Shown here: positions 56,055 through 64,000 of the stretch, one piece after another
Numbering within the stretch: the stretch's first letter is position 1
Layout: each line of letters begins with the position of its first letter
NCBI RefSeq assembly: GCF_025526975.1
Contig: NW_026515681.1
Coordinates: forward strand, 558,001-622,000
Source of the DNA: Fimicolochytrium jonesii
Taxonomy: Eukaryota
Direction of reading: 5' to 3'
DNA length: 64,000 bases
Position numbers and translations under genes: made by a program
Notes under the pieces: model-generated
The model's input: the letters and a program-made list of their open reading frames with translations, nothing else
What the model was told of the DNA's origin: nothing
The model's database searches: none

Positions 56055-56340
56055 TCATTCTCCAACGGGCTGTCAACCATCACCAAGCCTGTGCGCCCAC
56101 TATACCCCCTCCCGTCTGCTGTCATCCTCCACACGCAGACTCCACGGTGCTTCCGAATGTGGCCCAGCAGAACACCAAATGCATAACGGTTCTGCCCGTC
56201 GGGCAAAAAACGCTGGCACCACATGCCTTCGTAAAAGTACTTTACGAAGTACTTTACGGCAATGCGCGTGTTCTCACAGAGTAGAAGCAGTGTATGCCCG
56301 CCTTATATACACGGCGGAGTCCAAAAGATCCGTCACCAGT

Positions 56341-59300
56341 CTAGAGGCAGCACAGGGCATTGGCTTCTGCGATCACCGGATTCCTCCAGCCTTCTAGCAG
56401 CATTTCGATGATGCTCTGTAGCTTCTCGCGACCTGTCTCGGATGGAGAAGCGGTCGCGAAACTAAGGAACTTTGCGAAGGCCGTTGGGTTCGAGAAGTTC
56501 GCTAGGGTAGCGTAATCTGCAACCTCCAGTTTGCTAAGCTTCGCAGCCAGCTCCACTGCCTTGTCACTCTTCTGTATCTGCGCAAGACGCTTGTCTAAAC
56601 TTTGAATGACCATCACCGCTTTGTTGGCGTCGGGATCGTTGAGGGAGGCTGCGGCGTTCGCAGTGGTCTTCTGAACTTCCTGTTTCGATAAGTCTCCAAG
56701 AACCGACTTGACAACTTCGTCGATCTCGGCTGCAGGCGCTTCTTCACCGGTAAGCACACGCCATGGGATCCTGATACGTTCGGCATCGCTGGAAACCTTG
56801 TCCAGATTGTCTTTAGAAGCGCTCCCTGCGGCCTTGATAGAGACATAGGGGTCCCAGTTTTGAATCTTCACATTGGCAATATCTACTCCCCACGTCTCTG
56901 AGATGCGCTCTTTTTCGCCCTCCATCTTCCCAATGACCTCCACGACCCCCGAATCGTTTCCTTTCTTTCCACTTGTGAGTACCGCGTTCTTAGCCTTCTT
57001 GTAGCGAGCACTTCGTTTAGCGTACATGTTGGCGCAGGCTTCGGCGACATGTTTGTGATGCGTCTCAGTGGTTCCTCCATATTTGGCGATGGTCCGAAGA
57101 TAATCAATGACGATACCGAATCCGCGGGTCTTCTCAATATCAGCCGGCTGCTTTTCCAACATGCGCAAAGCTACCGTGCGAACTTTCTCCTTTACAACTC
57201 GATCATCTGTGCTTGATTTGCTCTTTTGCAGATGGCGCACGACTTCCACGGCGATTTGAAGGAACTGCAGCTGAGCGTTCCGAGTCTCGAGGCTTTCATT
57301 GGCCTCCGCCATTTTCATCGCGGTGACCGCCTTCCTCATCGGTTCGGTTACCGGGTCGGTTATCCTCTCTCGCAAGGTTCGGACGAGGAGAAGCTTCACG
57401 TTCTTTCGGAAGCTGTCCAGCGGCCAACCCGTGTGGGGCAGAAGATCACACATCGCAGTGTACATGAAGATCTCATCCGAGGGAGGCAGTTCAAGCTTGG
57501 GATTCTTGAGGACAAGCTGCCACACCATGGACAAGGGTTTGCCCGAACCGGAGGCGGCGATACTCAGAAGCTGGCCGAATAGCCCGCGCATAACCTGACA
57601 GTAAGGACCGGAAAAGTCGGTCGGAATGTCCCCCTTACGTGATGTCGCGTAGTCATACATGAGATGCAACAATGCGATGATCATGAAGAATCCGATATCT
57701 CGGTTGCCGGGGTGGATGTTCAAAGATTTTGCAGCGGTGGCGCCAACGATGGTACTGCGAGTCAAGATGCGCAGCTTAGCTATGTGACCTTCCATGCACG
57801 CCTGGGGCCAGTACATCTCCGACGGGTCCTTGAGGTTCACGAACTCGTCGAAGCAAGCCCAAAGTAAGGCCGAATGGTGACCATCGCCTTCGTGGCTTGG
57901 GCCTGATTGAGGAATGGCCATGCAGATGGTGTCATCACCAGCCTTCGCCGATGCCAATGGACCCTTATGGAATGATCTGACCAGTGGGAGGACGGTTGCA
58001 ACCTCGGTGCCTGCGCGGACCGTCAATGCTGCGGAGAGTCGCTTCTTGTTCAGCGGAGGGTGATTGACGGCCCCCAACAGGGTGTTCTTTGCAACTTCTC
58101 GAAGCATGTCTTGCAAGACGTTACCGTCAATTTGGCCACTGACGACACCGATCTCGCGACAATGCAACCCCAGGATGTGATTTAGATCATCCATTGTCAT
58201 CGTCTTGGCATCAGCCACGTTTGTTGCCACCTTGTTCTTCCTCTCCAGCTGTTTGAGATCATGTTTCTTAGCGGATGATGTGCGGGTGGACACTAGGTTT
58301 CCGAGTCCGTCGATCAGCCACTGACAAGCTGCGGTTGCTTGCTTCTCAGCATCGCGGTAGGCCGCATGAAGGGTATTCTTTCGAACCTCCATAGCCTTGA
58401 TGTCTTCAGGGCTCCTTGACCCCAGTGAGAAATTCGAGATCATGAAATCGATGTATGGTCCCTTGTAAGGTTCGATGGCCTTCGATATTTTATCCTTCAT
58501 CGTCTCAATCAGCTTCTGTGCAAAATGCGTGATGTCCTCTCCCGCCATGACGGTCTGTAGTTGTGTCAAGATGTCGGTAATGTCCTCCCGACGCTCTTGA
58601 ATCATGTCGAAACTCATAGCGGCGAACGTGTCCGGTATGCTCGATACAGACACCTTGGTGCCGAGGAAGTAAGGCGAAAGAGAGTTCCCCTCTTTTCCGA
58701 TGGAGACCCGCCTCGGCCAGGGAAGGTTGACATCAGCGTCTGCCAGAGATACAATTTCATCTGTGATGTCGTCTCCGAACGACGGCAAGAATTCGAGAAG
58801 CCCAGGCCATCGGATACCGCGGTAGAAAAAAAAGTTTTCCGCAAGTTGAACCACCACCAGCGATTGTGGGCCGGCAAGAGAAGTGATCGCATTGATGTTC
58901 AGATCGATAAGAAACGCATGGCGGAGGTCCTCCTTATCCAGGATCTTGAGATCAAAAGGCGTCTTTGGTTTGATGATGAAGAGCCCGTTGATGCGCTCCG
59001 TAGGATTCAACAAGCGACATTGATCGGTCATCGTGTCTGACACAATGATAACCGGGGCCTTTCCCTTTTCAAACAAGGAATCGAAGGTGTCATTTCTTAC
59101 ATTCCCAGGAAGCCCCATAGAAGGTTGACCCAGCGCTAGAAGCTTCCGGCCCTCAAGAATGTTCCCCAGGCAACACGGAAAGACAACCTCATCGGCCAAA
59201 ATGCTACTACCACCGCGATCATCATACTCGGTGAGAGTGATACCCGTTTTGAACCACAGCACATGACTGGGACGAACGAATTCTGGAATGGATGTTCCCT

Positions 59301-60282
59301 TCTCGACGATAGCGACTTCCGATATGTGAATGAAACCCGCATCCCCGGTCCTTCTCACCACCGCGGTACTTTCTGATGCAGACGCAGGCTGGATAGGTAG
59401 TAATGCCGCTGAGGAACGTTGCTTTGCGGTCGCGATGGTGTGATCACAGATGGAACGGGCCGTCTGAATCGCCTCTTGAAAGGCGTTACGGGCGCCACGG
59501 AGCATACGGCCGCTTGCGTGCATACCTCTGCAGGTCGGGGGATTCGGAAGGAATGTGAAGCGAATGTGGGTGTCGGATATACGTTGTCCGACAGCCGAAC
59601 AGCAAACAGTCGTGTCTGTGCCGATACTCGCAGGGTCCAAAGGGATGGGGACGAGATACAGGCTCCTCGTTTCGTGATTCACAAGCAGCACCGCTGGATT
59701 CTGTTGAGCGTAGCGATGCAAGGCATTATTGCTATAACCAGACACAAAGACAACAAAAGGGTCTCTGTGAAGGTTCTCCTCCATTTGAACGTGATGCAGG
59801 AGGACTCCACCGGATGACTTGTCGCCGCTGTGCCAGATACCCGTGAGATGCTGAGAAGTCACGGATGCCCAGCATATGATGCTCTCATTTACGCTTCCGA
59901 CGCCCAGATCATAGAAGGTGGGTTTCCCGGTCAAGGAAAGAGCGAACAAGAGGTTCTTCCCAGCAATGTGGGGCAGATCGATAAACGGTTCCGTTGGCGT
60001 GACTACCGTATAACTTTCTTCATCCTTGAGATTTCCCTGGTGATTCTTGATCCTATCATATAGGGAGGTACCAATAGCGTTCAAGTCGGTGTTGTCGAGG
60101 AAGAAAGACGCAGGGCGGTTCGTATAATCCACTTCTGAGAAACACTTTCCGTCCCATACTTGGAGCTTCTTTTTGTATACATGGGCGGTGCCTGGAAGCT
60201 GATCTTTGAGGAAGGAACGAACATCGTCCCTTGTGGCGAGAAGCGGATTGAAGAGGATGCGTTTCACGTTGGTGTTGCTCAT
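56341..60282 (-). CDS. Large intronless protein (~1313 aa) with a TerD-like N-terminal region
   Basis: Uninterrupted 3.9-kb ORF, first ATG at 60282. Segment FYDLGV...GIWHSGDKSSGG...FVVFVSGYS...AVLLVN resembles the TerD fold; the remainder looks largely helical and is unassigned. Confidence 0.85.
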   Translation of the reverse strand: MSNTNVKRILFNPLLATRDDVRSFLKDQLPGTAHVYKKKLQVWDGKCFSEVDYTNRPASFFLDNTDLNAIGTSLYDRIKNHQGNLKDEESYTVVTPTEPFIDLPHIAGKNLLFALSLTGKPTFYDLGVGSVNESIICWASVTSQHLTGIWHSGDKSSGGVLLHHVQMEENLHRDPFVVFVSGYSNNALHRYAQQNPAVLLVNHETRSLYLVPIPLDPASIGTDTTVCCSAVGQRISDTHIRFTFLPNPPTCRGMHASGRMLRGARNAFQEAIQTARSICDHTIATAKQRSSAALLPIQPASASESTAVVRRTGDAGFIHISEVAIVEKGTSIPEFVRPSHVLWFKTGITLTEYDDRGGSSILADEVVFPCCLGNILEGRKLLALGQPSMGLPGNVRNDTFDSLFEKGKAPVIIVSDTMTDQCRLLNPTERINGLFIIKPKTPFDLKILDKEDLRHAFLIDLNINAITSLAGPQSLVVVQLAENFFFYRGIRWPGLLEFLPSFGDDITDEIVSLADADVNLPWPRRVSIGKEGNSLSPYFLGTKVSVSSIPDTFAAMSFDMIQERREDITDILTQLQTVMAGEDITHFAQKLIETMKDKISKAIEPYKGPYIDFMISNFSLGSRSPEDIKAMEVRKNTLHAAYRDAEKQATAACQWLIDGLGNLVSTRTSSAKKHDLKQLERKNKVATNVADAKTMTMDDLNHILGLHCREIGVVSGQIDGNVLQDMLREVAKNTLLGAVNHPPLNKKRLSAALTVRAGTEVATVLPLVRSFHKGPLASAKAGDDTICMAIPQSGPSHEGDGHHSALLWACFDEFVNLKDPSEMYWPQACMEGHIAKLRILTRSTIVGATAAKSLNIHPGNRDIGFFMIIALLHLMYDYATSRKGDIPTDFSGPYCQVMRGLFGQLLSIAASGSGKPLSMVWQLVLKNPKLELPPSDEIFMYTAMCDLLPHTGWPLDSFRKNVKLLLVRTLRERITDPVTEPMRKAVTAMKMAEANESLETRNAQLQFLQIAVEVVRHLQKSKSSTDDRVVKEKVRTVALRMLEKQPADIEKTRGFGIVIDYLRTIAKYGGTTETHHKHVAEACANMYAKRSARYKKAKNAVLTSGKKGNDSGVVEVIGKMEGEKERISETWGVDIANVKIQNWDPYVSIKAAGSASKDNLDKVSSDAERIRIPWRVLTGEEAPAAEIDEVVKSVLGDLSKQEVQKTTANAAASLNDPDANKAVMVIQSLDKRLAQIQKSDKAVELAAKLSKLEVADYATLANFSNPTAFAKFLSFATASPSETGREKLQSIIEMLLEGWRNPVIAEANALCCL

Positions 60283-60600
60283 GATTCTATCGACCGTGGG
60301 CTGATGATAGGTTAAGATTGGTGAGGAAATTCTCAACGCTTTGCTACTTTTAAAGGTAACGCGTTGAGAATTTCAGGCGAGTTTATCGATAAACTCAAAC
60401 TTTCTGTGAGTCGCGTGAGTCATCAATTTGGCGCGCTGTCGAATTTCTGAGTATCTTCACGCGTGCCCCACAACTTTCCCACTTGCGAAAAGAAAACGTG
60501 ACTAAGATGAGTAACACCTGTCAACAGAAGGGGACTATATAAACGCTAAAGCAGCGGACAGGGCGAAGAGGTAATCTTAAGGTCCTACACCTCCACCACA
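60283..60600. promoter_or_regulatory. Bidirectional promoter with palindromes and candidate MCB/E2F/TATA motifs
   Basis: 14-bp inverted repeat 60326-60339/60361-60374; perfect 18-bp palindrome 60379-60396; ACGCGT at 60359 and 60459; TTTGGCGCG at 60427; TATATAAA at 60536. Confidence 0.6.
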
Positions 60601-63600
60601 ATGAGTACGGCCCGGTCGAATCTCGATTTCGTCATCATCGCCGACTCCACCTCGTCGATGGTGGAAGTCCAACGGTCACTGAAAAATACCCTTTTTCAAG
60701 TCTTCAACCTGGCAACACTGACGGGGTCCTTCAACCGGATTGGTTTGATGTGGTACACCGACTATACGCTCCCTGCAAAGTATCCAGTGACCTCCTGGTC
60801 TGGTTGGTGCACCTCATTCACCGAAATACAGGAGTTCATCGGTAACGGAGAACTCTATCCGGGTGGCGACGAACCGGAAGCATGCAAGACTGCGCTTTGG
60901 GAGGTGTTGCAGCTTGTAGACGTCTCTCGAACTACCGTGGTCATATGGTACGGGGATGCTGCGCCACATCACATCAGCAACGATGACGGACACCCGAACT
61001 ACTCAAGGGAACTGAAACGGTTGAATCAAGATTTCGATTGGGTCCACCTTTGTCAACTCGCAGCCGCCCGGGGTTGCGTGGTTTGCCCCATCATCAATAC
61101 ACAAGAACGAGCGGTCATACCTTTCTTTGCTCTCATCGCGACGATAACGGGCGGTCAAGCGCATACGATCCCCGTATCAAGCCCGGCGGAGGAAGTCACA
61201 AGAGATACCATTCGTATCCTTTTGAGGATCCTTGGGACCGAATGTGGCCATGTCGAGGCAAGCCGTATGGGCTACGGCAAACCGCTGCCTTCATTGGCAG
61301 CTAAGGATGAGAACAGCCTTCAAGGATACCTCCCGTTCGTGCCAGTGTACAGCAAGAAAAGCAATCGGTACAGTAATCCGCGCCGCACGGGCAAAACTGC
61401 CACCGCGACCGTGGTAGTCCCTGCGATTCAAGTGCGAATCGAAGGAGCGGAAGCCGGCGGGGAGGCGACTGCAACCGCAATTGCAGGCATGCCTTTCCAA
61501 TCCAAGATACATGGACATGGTCTCTCCATGAAGGAGCTCAGGCGGCGATTTGCTGAAGAAGAGGGGTATACCGATATCGCTTTCACTGTATTCGAGAACA
61601 TCGTCAAGGACTCAGCAGCGCTTGTGTCTCTCACTTACAACAACGTCTTCGCTGCTGTATGGCGCAAGGTGATTCGACGGTTCCATGACCCCCGAAGAAG
61701 CAAGATAGCTATTCAGTTCACTAGGATGCTACAGACACTCAACACTTTGCAGAAACAGCAGGTTAGAGAATGGCTTGAGGCGAGTTATGATGCATTAGAG
61801 GAAATTCAGGAAACCATCGACCGGGTACCCGCGGATAAACGTTATCCGGCTTTAGCACTTCAATCTGTGGAGACGTTTCGTCCGCAGGAGCTCACCGCTG
61901 TCACCAGCTCTTGCGACCGGGAATCTCTGTCTCGAGTGATCAAGCTCCTTGCGAATGTTTACGTAATCAAAGAGGAGAAGGCGAACGTGCGGTCGATACC
62001 ATTAGCGCTGTCAGATGGGGATCTCATCCCGCTTCTACCTCATCTGATGTGCAAAGGGCTTACCTTTTCATCGAGATCCTCAGCGATTCTCGCCATCCTA
62101 GCGGTCCTCAGCCGCAATGCTGTTCTTCACGGGAGGGCACGTTCATATTTGGATCTGGTCCGTGGGCAATGGCTTGACATGGAAGTAGCTGGAAACTACT
62201 CCGTGGGCTTCATACGTTTGGCAATCAAAGCGGAGAAGATCCTTACCGCGGAGGAATCGGAAAAGGTCAACATCGTGCGGGAGCTGCAAGGGCTTCTCAT
62301 GAATAAGCGGACTGAAGTCGTCGTTAAGGTATCAAGTAATCTCAAAGGAACCCGGCTACCTGACTGGAAAAGTCCCTGTGCGAAATGTGGAAAACAAAGA
62401 AGCGGGACTCTGCTCACAGCAGCGGGAGAGTGCGCCCCTTGTGTACTCGGGTACAAACCCAAGACCGACGGACCTGAAGATGGGAGTCACATGTACGATT
62501 GTAGCAGATGTCTAGTCCGGTATGCTGTCATCGAGACAGCAGATCTCAAGGTTGTTCGCCCACGTTGCCACTATTGCCGTCTCGACCTCCCTTCCCCTGT
62601 CATAAGATGTATCTCTTGCAACGTGCGTTACATCGACGCCAACGGTCTGCTCGCGAAGAATGGCGATGGGAAATGTGCGCCCTGTGCAGTCGGTCCCCGT
62701 GTCGATGCAATCACTGGCCCGATGGAGAACGTAGAGACGACCATAGGGCGATTGTATGTCGAATCGCCCAGCAATCGGTGCACGATCCATGAAGCTTTAA
62801 ACCTCCTTGCAACGCCGCCGGCCTACGACATTATGCAAAATTCAGGTGGAGGCGTGTACTCTATGCGGCATGTCTTCCGCAGAGTATCTTGCCCTACAGA
62901 TGCAAATGGGCATTACCGATACCAGCTCACATACCGTGGCAGATCAATACACAACATCGAAGCTGTTCTGGATACGATACGGGAATGGGCAAGGAAGCAT
63001 ACTGCGGAACTTGGGATGTGCATGATGTGCTGCGAGGAGATGAAGAAGGAGACAATGGTCACGGCTTGTGGGCGGAGCGGTTGCGTCGTGAAATGTTGCG
63101 CTCCTTGCGTAACCACGTGGTATGGTTATCTTCAACGCGGCCACGTCCTGCCACCAGCAAATATGGTTTGCCCTTTCTGCAAAAGATCTCCGTCTTCGCG
63201 GGTTCTCGCCCGCCACAACCGCGAAGCCTGTGAGCTTATTAGACAGCGGCCTGCGAACGGATACGATCCGGGGTGGTACTATGGATGGTGTACGATGTGC
63301 ATGAGGCCTCGGCAATGGATGGAGAAGGTGTGTGCTCAAGATGGGCCTCCAGCGACGGGCGAATTTCGTTGCGAAAGCTGTAGTTACCTGAACACAGCGC
63401 CTGGGCTCAATGCGCGGGATTGCCCTTCTTGTGGAGTCACGATCGAGAAGACCTACGGTTGCGATCATATCACATGTCGCTGTGGACAACACTGGTGCTG
63501 GCGATGTGGAAGCAAGTTTACAGCGCAAACGATATACTCGCACATCTACGGGTGTCGCGGAGATGAGATATTTGCAGCTTTCAACAACAACAACGGACAG

Positions 63601-63672
63601 AATGACGAAGGCTATGGCGGAGGCTATGAAGGTTATGATGATGAGGAAGATGAATATTATGATGATTATTAG
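60601..63672 (+). CDS. Intronless vWA-Zn ribbon-RBR (Ariadne-like) E3 ligase, mimivirus R811-like architecture
   Basis: MIDAS motifs ADSTSSM, GGDEPEA, GDAAPH; central CxxC pairs; RING1 CMMC...C...CAPC...CPFC; RING2 CPSCGVTIEKTYGCDHITCRCGQHWCWRC; acidic tail. Confidence 0.9.
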   Translation: MSTARSNLDFVIIADSTSSMVEVQRSLKNTLFQVFNLATLTGSFNRIGLMWYTDYTLPAKYPVTSWSGWCTSFTEIQEFIGNGELYPGGDEPEACKTALWEVLQLVDVSRTTVVIWYGDAAPHHISNDDGHPNYSRELKRLNQDFDWVHLCQLAAARGCVVCPIINTQERAVIPFFALIATITGGQAHTIPVSSPAEEVTRDTIRILLRILGTECGHVEASRMGYGKPLPSLAAKDENSLQGYLPFVPVYSKKSNRYSNPRRTGKTATATVVVPAIQVRIEGAEAGGEATATAIAGMPFQSKIHGHGLSMKELRRRFAEEEGYTDIAFTVFENIVKDSAALVSLTYNNVFAAVWRKVIRRFHDPRRSKIAIQFTRMLQTLNTLQKQQVREWLEASYDALEEIQETIDRVPADKRYPALALQSVETFRPQELTAVTSSCDRESLSRVIKLLANVYVIKEEKANVRSIPLALSDGDLIPLLPHLMCKGLTFSSRSSAILAILAVLSRNAVLHGRARSYLDLVRGQWLDMEVAGNYSVGFIRLAIKAEKILTAEESEKVNIVRELQGLLMNKRTEVVVKVSSNLKGTRLPDWKSPCAKCGKQRSGTLLTAAGECAPCVLGYKPKTDGPEDGSHMYDCSRCLVRYAVIETADLKVVRPRCHYCRLDLPSPVIRCISCNVRYIDANGLLAKNGDGKCAPCAVGPRVDAITGPMENVETTIGRLYVESPSNRCTIHEALNLLATPPAYDIMQNSGGGVYSMRHVFRRVSCPTDANGHYRYQLTYRGRSIHNIEAVLDTIREWARKHTAELGMCMMCCEEMKKETMVTACGRSGCVVKCCAPCVTTWYGYLQRGHVLPPANMVCPFCKRSPSSRVLARHNREACELIRQRPANGYDPGWYYGWCTMCMRPRQWMEKVCAQDGPPATGEFRCESCSYLNTAPGLNARDCPSCGVTIEKTYGCDHITCRCGQHWCWRCGSKFTAQTIYSHIYGCRGDEIFAAFNNNNGQNDEGYGGGYEGYDDEEDEYYDDY

Positions 63673-63738
63673 GACAATGCTACCCCTATTGTTGTATCCT
63701 ATCCTAGAGGGCAATGGACTGTCAAGTAGATAAAGCAG

Positions 63739-64000
63739 GTTCGCCCTCTCCCAATACAACATCCACCCCGATATCATCGCCATCTCCAAAGGCCTCACAT
63801 GCGGGTACCTCCCCATGGGTGCCACCATCTATACCGAAGAAGTCCACAAAGTCGCCAACGCCAACCCGGCCACAAAGCTCTCCCCCTCCGACATCTGGCA
63901 GCACGACTACACCTGGAGCGGACACCCCACCTGCGCCGCCGTCGCGCTCAAGTGTCTGCAGCTCCTGAAGGACGAGAACCTCATCTCACGCGCGGTGGTG
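63739..64000 (+). pseudogene. Internal exon of a class III PLP aminotransferase whose 5' half was not found in the window
   Basis: After the acceptor AAGCAG: FALSQYNIHPDIIAISKGLTCGYLPMGAT...HDYTWSGHPTCAAVALKCL, containing the PLP-lysine motif. Not represented in the ORF track. Confidence 0.85.

Noticed and set aside
43500..64000. Starship, Helitron or Polinton identity for the accessory block
   Set aside because: I saw no tyrosine recombinase, Rep/helicase, DNA polymerase B, integrase, capsid or reverse transcriptase motifs.

Overview
Eukaryotic, intron-rich fungal DNA. The gene set (cortactin-like, RNF34-like, ANKRD13-like, talin-like RasGEF, SCOC, Boi/Pob1, Psp1, Pep4) suggests an early-diverging, probably chytrid, fungus; this is inference. 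The left ~33.5 kb is a compact block of intact housekeeping genes ending at a tRNA-Glu, plus a 186-bp MITE carrying telomere repeats. The right ~30 kb is an accessory, decaying region around an intact ARF1. It holds two frame-disrupted GH18 chitinases (one killer-toxin-like, LysM/CBM18/GH18/PI-PLC-like), a broken DUF7918-like gene, a PD-(D/E)XK nuclease gene and three interstitial telomere tracts. The best candidate for a new system is a head-to-head pair of large intronless genes: a ~1313-aa protein with a TerD-like N-terminus and a vWA-Zn-RBR E3 ligase resembling mimivirus R811. They share a palindrome-rich spacer, are bounded on the left by telomere repeats plus a 57-bp duplication, and on the right abut a 5'-truncated aminotransferase gene. 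All family calls come from motif recognition by eye; no searches were run.
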